DNA of 64,000 bases, taken from an uncultured delta proteobacterium (GTDB taxonomy: Bacteria > Desulfobacterota > Binatia > UBA9968). A program made the position numbers and the translations under genes. Location of the stretch: the NCBI GenBank assembly GCA_963727625.1, contig CAVSHR010000004.1:1120001-1184000 (forward strand), in the 5' to 3' direction. Positions 52,329 to 61,190 of the stretch are shown here, piece after piece (the stretch's first letter is position 1; each line of letters starts with the position of its first letter). The notes beneath the pieces are model-generated. The model was not told the origin of the DNA. It ran no database searches and was given only the letters and a program-made list of their open reading frames with translations.

Positions 52329-53377
52329 CGTTTATGACGCCGCTTTCATCTTACTTGTTTCCGCCTGCACCAAGGGGCGGTACTTGTCGCAAAGTTTCGT
52401 CCATCCCTCAGCCTTCTTCTTAGCCCGCTCAAGAGCACTCTCTGAAAACTTTACGATCGGTGTTCGGGCCGGCCCTGGCTTCACGTAGCCGGCAAACTCG
52501 ATCGGAAGCTTAGCGGTGGCTCCCTCATTTCCGCCAGGCCGTTCCCCACCGGCCGCACTCATGATTTCAGTAATCACCTGGAGCGCTTCGTGATCTTTCC
52601 CCGCCCGCACCAGATTTCGTAGATGAAGCACCGGCCACGGTCCCATCCAAGCATCGATCGACCAGCAACCCGACGATCCCATTCTATAATAGGGAAACAT
52701 CTGGGCTTGATTGGTCATGACGCTGATTTTACCGCGGATGATTCCCATCAGCCGGACAAACTCCCGTGTGTCGCGGTGGCTGTCCTTCATACCTATGATG
52801 TTCGGATATTTCACCAGCCTGGGGAACACCGAGACGGGAATTTTGACCTTATGATTGACAGGGTTGTGGTAGATCAAAATTCCTAGCTTGGGAAACATTT
52901 CGGCGATCTGCGAGTAGAAGTCGGCAATATAGTCCGGAGATTGAGCATCATAGTATGGCACGCCAAGCAACGTGCCGTCGCCCCCGATGTCTTGAACGAA
53001 TTTGAGCCGTTGGACCACTTCCCGGGCGTTGGCACTCGTGCTGCCGATAAAGACCGGTACGCGTTTCTTGGCAGCCTCCACCGTGGCGGACGCAATCGTC
53101 TTATATTCGTCCCAAAACACGTTGTAGCATTCGCCGAAGCTTCCCGTCGTCGTAATCACATCGACACCGTCTTTAATCATGCGGTCCACCCCGGCCTGCA
53201 GATTATCAACGGCAACCGTCGATGTCGCATTGAGATCGCCGGCGTCGTCCGTTGAGAATGACGGCATCATCGCCATCACCCCTTGCACATCTTTCGCTGT
53301 TACCATTGCGCTCCTCCTATAAACTTAAACTTGGTCGACCAGCTCCGACTTACCACCGTGTCGTTCAATTGGTCAAC
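52329..53377. repeat. Direct repeat copy 2 (1049 bp)
   Basis: Matches 40880-41928. Confidence 0.93.
52332..53306 (-). CDS. NahE/PhdJ-like hydratase-aldolase, second copy
   Basis: Protein identical to 40883-41857 except V->M near the C-terminus. Confidence 0.85.
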   Translation of the reverse strand: MVTAKDVQGVMAMMPSFSTDDAGDLNATSTVAVDNLQAGVDRMIKDGVDVITTTGSFGECYNVFWDEYKTIASATVEAAKKRVPVFIGSTSANAREVVQRLKFVQDIGGDGTLLGVPYYDAQSPDYIADFYSQIAEMFPKLGILIYHNPVNHKVKIPVSVFPRLVKYPNIIGMKDSHRDTREFVRLMGIIRGKISVMTNQAQMFPYYRMGSSGCWSIDAWMGPWPVLHLRNLVRAGKDHEALQVITEIMSAAGGERPGGNEGATAKLPIEFAGYVKPGPARTPIVKFSESALERAKKKAEGWTKLCDKYRPLVQAETSKMKAAS

Positions 53378-54017
53378 GAATAGCTAAATAAAATTTTCGA
53401 CCATCCTTGGCACGGAAACAAAAATTTTAATCAATCGGCGGTAGTTTGAGAAACCGATCGAAAACGCCAGAAACGACTATTTGACTTGCTTCGACACAAC
53501 CGGCACGACACGGTCCTTGTCGCACAAGTCATTGCACGAAATCTGCGGGCGTTCTCAACCGACCTTCAAGCTCCCCGGGAATTTAATTCGCGGTGCCTCG
53601 CGGGAACCCACATGAGTTGAAAATTAAGTATGCACGACCACCGTTATGTCAAAAACCATAACTGTTGAATCGAAGGATTCGAGTGCTTGTCCCCCGTAGA
53701 AACTGGTACCGCCATAGACAAGGCATAAATCTTCGAGCAACTAACCGTCGCGCCCATTTACCAAGCTTGATCGGCTTGATGCGCCGTCCCTAACTTTATT
53801 GGAACTCGGAGCGTCTCTCGCACCGGGGTCGACTCAAAGTGACCATCGGCTGAAAACAATCGGTAACAACGTGCCCTGTGTTACGTCTCGAAACTTAGGC
53901 TTAGCACCAGTTTGAGCGTTCCGTCAACCCGTCGTTTGCCGGAAAAAGCGCAAAGTTAGGTTTGTAAGCGACAGCGAAATCGTTGTATAAAAGTAAAAAA
54001 CTTCTCAGGAGGATTTA

Positions 54018-55040
54018 ATGAGCAAACCAGCGAGTAATAACCAAGCTGATCGCGAACGGCTCCACGAGAAGTTTGCTCAATTGGGGCTTCGTGGTTATTG
54101 GCAAAATCGGCGCGAGAGCCAGCGCATGGAGCCTAAGCTATGGCGTTGGAATGAAATATATCCGGTCCTAATGGAAGCAACTGAAGTCATAAGAATCGGT
54201 CCCGATGCCTTTCGTCGCAACGTTGGCCTACAAACTGGCAGCAAGACACTAGCCATGGGATTTCAGATTGTGCTTCCGGGCGAAACCGCCGCGGCTCATC
54301 GCCATGCCAACACGGCTCTGCGCTTTGTTGTAAGTGGCGGTGGAGCCTATACGACCTCCAACGGAGAGCCAATGTTCATGGAACCGGGCGATCTGCTCAT
54401 TCAGCCAAACTGGGTGTGGCACGATCACGTGAACGATTCGAAAAAACCGATTATTTGGATCGACGCGCTTGACGCCGGTGTCGTGAGCTTTCTAGACGCT
54501 TCGGGTTTCCGTGAAGAATGGAGCGAAGGAAAGCAGCAACCGCTGACCAAAGCCAACGGGGCATCACGCCGCCTTTACGGTCCAGCACGCCATCCCCACA
54601 CCGAATACGAGGGCGCTGCCGGGGTCCCCTATCAGTACAAGTGGAGCGAGTCGTGCGAAGCATTAAAGGAGCTTGTCGACCAAGGCTTCAACGATCCCTA
54701 TGATGGTTTTTATCTCGAATACAAGAATCCCATCGACGGCGGGCACACATTTCTGACGATGACCTGTCATTTGCAGATGCTGCAGCCCGGCCAAGAGACT
54801 CGGTTTCATCGCCACACCGGAACCGTGTTGTATCACACGGTTCAGGGTCGCGGCGTAACCATGGTCGATAAGGTTAACACCGCAGAGCTGCAGTGGGATG
54901 AACACGATAGTTTCAGTCTACCGCCCTGGCGCTGGCATGCCCACAAGAACCTCTCGGATAAAGAACCCGCGATTCTCTTTTCGGTCAGCGACAGCCCGTT
55001 ACTGAAAATGACCGGCCTGGAACGGCAAGAGGCTGAGTGA
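54018..55040 (+). CDS. Bicupin ring-cleavage dioxygenase (gentisate 1,2-dioxygenase family)
   Basis: LWRWNEI, AHRHA, GDLLIQPNWVWHDH, YKNPIDGG, HRHTG and PPWRWHAH motifs; AGGAGG RBS. Confidence 0.9.
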   Translation: MSKPASNNQADRERLHEKFAQLGLRGYWQNRRESQRMEPKLWRWNEIYPVLMEATEVIRIGPDAFRRNVGLQTGSKTLAMGFQIVLPGETAAAHRHANTALRFVVSGGGAYTTSNGEPMFMEPGDLLIQPNWVWHDHVNDSKKPIIWIDALDAGVVSFLDASGFREEWSEGKQQPLTKANGASRRLYGPARHPHTEYEGAAGVPYQYKWSESCEALKELVDQGFNDPYDGFYLEYKNPIDGGHTFLTMTCHLQMLQPGQETRFHRHTGTVLYHTVQGRGVTMVDKVNTAELQWDEHDSFSLPPWRWHAHKNLSDKEPAILFSVSDSPLLKMTGLERQEAE

Positions 55041-55095
55041 AACCGGTCCTTTTAGAGATGCTGGTTCTGGACTACTCAAAGTAGTATTGACGCAT

Positions 55096-56865
55096 CTAAT
55101 GGGTCACGGTACGGGTAATCCACTTGCGCCCCGCGGCCACAAATATCAGGTTAAAAACAACGAGAAAAACCAACATCGCCGCCGATGCGTTGAAGTGGCC
55201 GCCCACGAAGGTCTCATAAATGATATTAGCGACCACGACGCTTCCGGCAGAAGCCAAGAGTAAAGCAACGGAAAAATCTTTCGCTGCATGAACCAACACC
55301 CAGAGCCAGCCAGTTAAAAATGCAGGGACCAGCAACCTAAGCGTGATGCGAATGAAGGTTTGCAGATTGCCCGCCCCGCTCGTGTGGGATACCTCTTCCA
55401 GCTCGCGGTGGATTTGCAACAGCGCCACATGCATCAATCTCGTGCCAAAAGCAAGATAACGGGCAATAAAAGCGAGGGTCAGCAGCAAAAGCGTACCTTG
55501 GATCGGCGTACCGATAAACATTAAAAATAGTGCCAGAGTGGAAATAATGCCGGGAATAGCCAGCGGCGTGAAAGCAACCGTGTTAATTGTGTCAGATAAT
55601 CGGCCGGGGCTACGTACCACGAGCCATGCTATGAAGCTCACCAACACCATCGTCGCCGTGGCGGCCCCGATCGAGACTATGACTGTGTTTACGAAAAACC
55701 TTCCAAAAAAACGATAGTCAAACAGCTGCTCGTAGTTGTACAGAGTCCAATTCATATCGGCAAAATATTCACGCACCGGCGGCACATAAAAGCGCAAGAA
55801 GCTAGCATAGATCAGTACCGCAAACGGTAACACTACTTTGATAGCGATAAATAGGCAGATAAATGCCAGCGCCACGTACTTCCACCGACCCAGAGGAATA
55901 AGCCGGGGACGGTATCCTTTACCGGTGATTATCGCATAATGGGAAGCCTGGCGTATAAGGCGTAGGTAAAGCATGATGCCAAAAATGCCCATCGCTAGCC
56001 CCAACATACCGAAAGCCGCAGGCACTCCGTAATTCACACCTAGATCTGCGGTGGGGATGAGACTGAAATAAATCCTGGTGGAGAGCAAATCAATTCCGGC
56101 AGTCGGACCAAGCGCTAGGGGAATCTCCAGGGACTCCAGGCCCGTGAGAAAAAAATAAATCGCGACGGCTGCAACTCCCGGTCGCATTAGCGGCGACGTG
56201 ATTGTTCTGAGTACTTGCCAGCGGCTCGCGCCGGAGGCCAAAGCGGCGTCCTCAAGGCCCGGATCCATCTGACGCAACACGGCGGTAAGAAACAGCCACA
56301 TGGTCGGCACGATACCAAGGACATGGACGAAGATAAGCCCTTCCATGCTATAAATATTGAAGGGTCCCTCTGCTGCGTCGCTGCCGAAAAGAAACCTTAG
56401 ATAGACGTTTATGGTACCCCCGCGGGGGCCAAGCAATAATACCCAGCCCAATGCTGTCGCGAAGATCGGCGTGCTCATCGGAATGAACATCAGCACGTAC
56501 ATGGCATTTCTACACGGCATGTCGGTGCGCTCTGTTAGAAATGCAAAGCCGAAAGCAATGGGTAGGGCAAAAACTACACCCAGCCCGGCGTAAAGCAGCG
56601 TGTTGCGAATTATTGCCCAAGAATCCACGCCGCCGTAGGCCTGCACATACGGAGCAAAGGTGTAAGTGCCTTCGGCCATAGGAAGAACTCCCGCAGGCCG
56701 GAAACTGGCAAGAAACATGAAAAGCAAGGGGATAAGAACCAGCACGGACAGTATCACGAGAACGACAAGGGCACCTACCCGGCGGAATTCAAAGACTTGG
56801 GCAAGCGAGATCCATCCTGGATTCCTAGTTGCAGAAGTGCTTACGAAGGTTTCAGAAGAACCCAT
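55096..56865 (-). CDS. ABC transporter permease, Fe3+/thiamine type
   Basis: LEDAALASGAS and LEEVSHTSGAG; ITGKGYRP; multiple TM helices. Confidence 0.9.
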   Translation of the reverse strand: MGSSETFVSTSATRNPGWISLAQVFEFRRVGALVVLVILSVLVLIPLLFMFLASFRPAGVLPMAEGTYTFAPYVQAYGGVDSWAIIRNTLLYAGLGVVFALPIAFGFAFLTERTDMPCRNAMYVLMFIPMSTPIFATALGWVLLLGPRGGTINVYLRFLFGSDAAEGPFNIYSMEGLIFVHVLGIVPTMWLFLTAVLRQMDPGLEDAALASGASRWQVLRTITSPLMRPGVAAVAIYFFLTGLESLEIPLALGPTAGIDLLSTRIYFSLIPTADLGVNYGVPAAFGMLGLAMGIFGIMLYLRLIRQASHYAIITGKGYRPRLIPLGRWKYVALAFICLFIAIKVVLPFAVLIYASFLRFYVPPVREYFADMNWTLYNYEQLFDYRFFGRFFVNTVIVSIGAATATMVLVSFIAWLVVRSPGRLSDTINTVAFTPLAIPGIISTLALFLMFIGTPIQGTLLLLTLAFIARYLAFGTRLMHVALLQIHRELEEVSHTSGAGNLQTFIRITLRLLVPAFLTGWLWVLVHAAKDFSVALLLASAGSVVVANIIYETFVGGHFNASAAMLVFLVVFNLIFVAAGRKWITRTVTH

Positions 56866-56979
56866 CGTGCCTCGCTAAATCTCGTTACTGGTAAAATCAA
56901 GAAAATCCCGCAGTGGATAATTCGAACTCACATATTCAAAGGTTGGCGCAGATACCTAGCTATCCGTGGCACCTGCCAG

Positions 56980-57112
56980 CAGACTGCTGAAAAATTTTCT
57001 AAGAGTCCTTCAACGATGCTCAGGAGGAACGGGGGTGTATTAATTCCATGGATGTTTTTCCGTTCATGCTGAGGTCCTCAAAGCATTCCTAACCTTTTTT
57101 TTCAGCAGCCTG
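56980..57112. mobile_element. 133-bp MITE with 15-bp terminal inverted repeats and a CCAG target-site duplication
   Basis: cagactgctgaaaaa ... tttttcagcagcctg (1 mismatch), flanked by CCAG at 56976-56979 and 57113-57116; internal REP-like arms ctcaggaggaacgg / ccgttcatgctgag. Confidence 0.75.
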
Positions 57113-57176
57113 CCAGTGCTAAGCCATTTCACGCCTATGCTTTGCATCCCATCCCCTTGGTCCTACAGCACACCCT

Positions 57177-58322
57177 TTAGCGTTTAATCTTCTTCTTGCT
57201 CGTTACTCCCGCCTTCAGGGCCTTAATCGCGATTTTTCGATATCCACTCGCCTTTTTAGATTCTTCCTCCGTCTTTGGTCCAACGACCTGATCCCGCGAC
57301 GTGATACCATTTTCTCTTGCAAGCCGAACCAGCGGAAGATATTTTTCTTCCTCCTCGTAAAACCTAAACACGCCGCCTCCGGTAATCTTGGCTTCGGTAT
57401 AATTGCCGTCAAAAACATCCCATGCCCAGTAAAGCGCGGTCATGTTGGGATCATTAACGGCGGGAGTAACGAGGCATGAAACGGTGAAATTCCCGGTGAC
57501 AAGATCGCCAAAGGCCACATCGACGGGTGCACCCAGCGCCTTCTGTTGCACAACCGTAGTCATAGACGCAACACCAATATCCGCTTCCCCCTGCACCAAT
57601 GCTTGCAGCACTCCTGTGGTTCCGCCGGATACCAGTTTGGCGCCGTTAGCACCCAAATTGTGAGCAAAAACACGCATGCGCTCGACATCCCAGCCGGGAG
57701 CAAAGGGCAATGCGAAAAGCCCCAAAGCGCGCACGTCCCAGACAACCCGATTCCTCCATTTATCAGCGGTTAAATCTTCGAGCTTGATTCCCTTCAAGTC
57801 GGCCTTTTTGACTCTGTGCGTGTTGTAGGCCAACGACCAACTGCCCATGCCCATCTGCATACAGTGATCGCTGAGCACCGCACCGCCCGGGCCACCGCTG
57901 ATGGGCGGCACCGCCTCACGAAGTTTCTTGGCCAGGGGCCAGCCCTGGTAAACCGCCTCCCAGGGCGGTCGCCGTGTGTTGCCCGCTTTGAACATGCCTA
58001 AAATCAGCGGCGTACCCCCGTCCCACATATCCACAATTCCGCGCCCCGTTTTCGCTGATTCTATGATTTTTACGGGAACATCCCGATGATGACCCGGTTG
58101 ATTTTCCAACCTTACGGGAAATCCGAAACGCTTTTCAAAGGCTTTTTCCTTTGCCCTAATAATCTCTGGCGCGACACCTTCCTGGGTCAATGTAATCTTA
58201 TGGTTGGAGGCCTTGGCTTTCGAGATTAAATCTTCCAGCGTTTGGGACATATCCGCGCTCCGCGCTAGTCCTGCAAAGGCAAAAAAGGCCATCACCAAAA
58301 CTAAATTAAATCCGTAAATCAT
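57177..58322 (-). CDS. ABC transporter solute-binding protein (divergent)
   Basis: Signal peptide, LISKAKA, AFEKRFG, LAYNT, EDLTADKWR, QGEADIG and GAPVD motifs; GGAGG RBS. Confidence 0.8.
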   Translation of the reverse strand: MIYGFNLVLVMAFFAFAGLARSADMSQTLEDLISKAKASNHKITLTQEGVAPEIIRAKEKAFEKRFGFPVRLENQPGHHRDVPVKIIESAKTGRGIVDMWDGGTPLILGMFKAGNTRRPPWEAVYQGWPLAKKLREAVPPISGGPGGAVLSDHCMQMGMGSWSLAYNTHRVKKADLKGIKLEDLTADKWRNRVVWDVRALGLFALPFAPGWDVERMRVFAHNLGANGAKLVSGGTTGVLQALVQGEADIGVASMTTVVQQKALGAPVDVAFGDLVTGNFTVSCLVTPAVNDPNMTALYWAWDVFDGNYTEAKITGGGVFRFYEEEEKYLPLVRLARENGITSRDQVVGPKTEEESKKASGYRKIAIKALKAGVTSKKKIKR

Positions 58323-58419
58323 CGTCGTTTTTCCTCCGAATAAAACCTTTAAAAAGTTACTAATCAATCGCCGTCAGACCTTAACGCGTTCAATTCCGTC
58401 GACAAATTCTTCCATTCCT

Positions 58420-59652
58420 CTAAGCCACGACTCTCGACTCGACAGTGGAAGCTTCCCGCCCTTTCATCGCCTGCCCATATTTGTCCAAATCCGCGATGGG
58501 ATCGAGATTAAAAAATCTTATCGCGTTTCCGGCAAGCATTTTCTGGCGCTCCTCTTCGTTGACGCCTCCAAATGTTTCTTTAATCACCTCCTGCGAATGC
58601 GGCCAGTCACCCGTGGCATGAGCGAAGTCACTGCCCCAGAGCAAAATATCCACCCCGATCTCGTTACGGCATTTCACGCCCCATGGGTCGCGCATGAAGC
58701 CCCATTGGCAGTTTTCTTTGAGATACTCACTGGGCTTCCGGGCGGGCGCTTTGAATCCAAAATCGCGTTCGCCCCAATAGCGATTGCGCTCGTGGTTGTC
58801 GTCGATCTGATCGAAACAGTAGGGCAACCAGCCGCATTGGCTTTCCGCCCAATAGATCTCGAGAGTCGGAAAGCGGTCGAAGACGCCCGCCATTGCCATC
58901 TGCAACGCGGCAATAGGTTGATCTCCGGCAAATCGACACATTAGCGAAACAGGATCACGGTCTGTCTTATCTCGTGGAGTTTTAGGGTACACAAAGAGTG
59001 GCCCTTTTGTACCTAACCGCGTTGTTCCGCCGAAAGTATGCGATGAAATCGGCATTTTCATTTCGAGCGCTGCATGCCAAAATTTGTCGTCCTCGGGCGT
59101 GACATAGGACTTACCACTCGGGAAGCGGTGCAGGTTGATGCCTTTCAAACCAATTCTGGCGCAATACTCCATTTCCGCGATCGCGTCGTCGACACCGGTA
59201 TCGGGAATAATCCCCATGCCGATCAAGCGGTAGGGATTATAAGCGCAGTACTCTTCACCGAGCCATTCGTTATACGCACGAATGACTGCTTTGTAGGCGT
59301 CGTCATCGCTGATACCGCGCCAAAATAACGCATAACTACCGTGGGAATAGAGCACCTCGGCGTCAACGCCGTCCTGATCTTGTTCCCACAGCCGTTGCTC
59401 TGGAGTTCCGGTGCCCGGACCCTCGAACCAATATTTTTGCAGTCCGTGTTTCTGATAAGGAATTCCAGTAATTGTTGTCGCGCCTGGACTGCGTGCAGGG
59501 CGGTTCTCAACTATGATGCCTTCGTTGCCATTGGCAAGAATTACAGTGCGGGGTGCGCGGTCGCGCCATCGCTTTGGCACCCGCGCTGTCCAGCGCTCGG
59601 GGCGAATATCGAGGTGCGAATCCCCAGAAATACATTTGTAGTAACGCGGCAT
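58420..59652 (-). CDS. Amidohydrolase_2 family protein, subtype B
   Basis: ISGDSH, WRDRAPR, EQDQDGVDAE and WGSDFAHATGDWP motifs. Confidence 0.9.
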   Translation of the reverse strand: MPRYYKCISGDSHLDIRPERWTARVPKRWRDRAPRTVILANGNEGIIVENRPARSPGATTITGIPYQKHGLQKYWFEGPGTGTPEQRLWEQDQDGVDAEVLYSHGSYALFWRGISDDDAYKAVIRAYNEWLGEEYCAYNPYRLIGMGIIPDTGVDDAIAEMEYCARIGLKGINLHRFPSGKSYVTPEDDKFWHAALEMKMPISSHTFGGTTRLGTKGPLFVYPKTPRDKTDRDPVSLMCRFAGDQPIAALQMAMAGVFDRFPTLEIYWAESQCGWLPYCFDQIDDNHERNRYWGERDFGFKAPARKPSEYLKENCQWGFMRDPWGVKCRNEIGVDILLWGSDFAHATGDWPHSQEVIKETFGGVNEEERQKMLAGNAIRFFNLDPIADLDKYGQAMKGREASTVESRVVA

Positions 59653-59857
59653 AAAGGTTTCCTCCTGATCTAGCGAAATCTCGAACGGGCCGATGTTAAA
59701 GTTTTCTTAGCGATATTCTTTTGACCGGGGGCAACCACATCGTCGGTCCAATCCTCTGGACAATTCGATTTTGCACCCCGTTCCTTCGCTAAAAAGGCTA
59801 TGCCACCGCATTGTGGCGCTGGCAGGATCGCATTTCGATGCAATTCGTCGCAGGGAG

Positions 59858-60910
59858 TCATGAGCCCTGCTCCCGGTAAAGCCTCGTGGCCTGTAACAGC
59901 GGCCGATCGCTCACCGAGAACAAAATTGCCGGCGCAGTAGTAGAATCATTCTTGAAACCATGCCACTGCCACGAGGGAACGATGAAGCAATCGCGTTCAC
60001 CCCACCGAAGGGCTTGCTCTTCGCCTTTGTTTTGACCCACTCTGGCCAAGCCAGCACCGCGTACCACGTGATAGATTGTATTGCTGGTATGCCGATGACT
60101 TCGAGTTTCTTCTCCGGGACGAAGCATTTGTATCCGGCAACCGAGCGTTTCTGTGGTGGGCCCGCCGCTTATCGGATTGATGTAATCAAGGATCACGCCG
60201 TCGTAGGGATCGACCTCGTTGGCGACCGCTAAAGTGTTGAGCGTATCTATGGTGTCTTTCCAACAATACTTAACTGGATATCTCCCCTCCCCTTCCGAGG
60301 ACCTCGCGCGCAGCGTAACCATTCGTCTCATGTGGTAGCCGTCGGGCTTTGTGAAAGGCTGCAAAAAGCCATCCGGGTACTTTTCGCGAAAGTAAGCTTC
60401 GAGGAACTCATTGAGCGGCGTGTCCATGGAAGTGAGCCAAATTGCCGGCTCGTTGCCGTTATTTTTCGTCCCGTGCCAGGTCCAGCTTGGCTGAATCAAT
60501 AGATCACCGGGTTCCATGAATTGCTGCTCACCTTCAGCCGTGGTGAAGCAACTCTTTCCTTGAATGACAAAATACAACGACGCAGAGGTATGACGATGCG
60601 ATTCCGTGATTTCGCCACAATTGAGGTGTTGAATGGTTACACCGAATGTTTTTGCTGTGCCGACAGCGACAGGTTGCGACGGGTTCACCAATCGAATCGT
60701 CCGCATCCGCATGACGTCGTCGAGGGGGATCAATTCCCCGGCCTCGAGTAAATTGGAATCAATATCGCGCCAGCGCCATAACCACGGTTTTACAGGTTTC
60801 TCTTTTTCTTTCGGTTCCCTTTGCCACGCGCCCCGCAGGGCGGCGTTTTTTAATCGCGAATTCAACTCATCCCGCCGCTTGTCACCGTCGGCGGGCATAG
60901 CCTTTACCAT
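59858..60910 (-). CDS. Bicupin ring-cleavage dioxygenase (gentisate/1-hydroxy-2-naphthoate family)
   Basis: LWRWRDI, SHRHT, GDLLIQPSWTWH, YINPISGG, HRHTSN and PSWQWH motifs. Confidence 0.88.
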   Translation of the reverse strand: MVKAMPADGDKRRDELNSRLKNAALRGAWQREPKEKEKPVKPWLWRWRDIDSNLLEAGELIPLDDVMRMRTIRLVNPSQPVAVGTAKTFGVTIQHLNCGEITESHRHTSASLYFVIQGKSCFTTAEGEQQFMEPGDLLIQPSWTWHGTKNNGNEPAIWLTSMDTPLNEFLEAYFREKYPDGFLQPFTKPDGYHMRRMVTLRARSSEGEGRYPVKYCWKDTIDTLNTLAVANEVDPYDGVILDYINPISGGPTTETLGCRIQMLRPGEETRSHRHTSNTIYHVVRGAGLARVGQNKGEEQALRWGERDCFIVPSWQWHGFKNDSTTAPAILFSVSDRPLLQATRLYREQGS

Positions 60911-61190
60911 AAATAGTCTCCTTAAGCAGGCGCCATCTCATAAACATCACCAAAGAAGAACTTCACCCGAAAATTCAAAGCGTTGTTCCACACTTCCCCC
61001 CTATTTTAAAAGCACACGCCTTGTCAAATAAAAAAGTAAATTTCCACCGCCACCTCGAAGAATTATAAACACCAGCGGACGAGAGCGCGTTGCGGCCTAC
61101 GGGCGAGCTTATCAAAAGAAAATCCGAAGTTTGTAATCGCTGTGAATCCCAATGCGTGAAATCAAGAGTATCACAAGGAGTCGTTCCTAA

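Noticed and set aside
53408-53425. TGGCAC upstream region as a sigma-54 promoter
   Set aside because: No TTGC at the -12 position.
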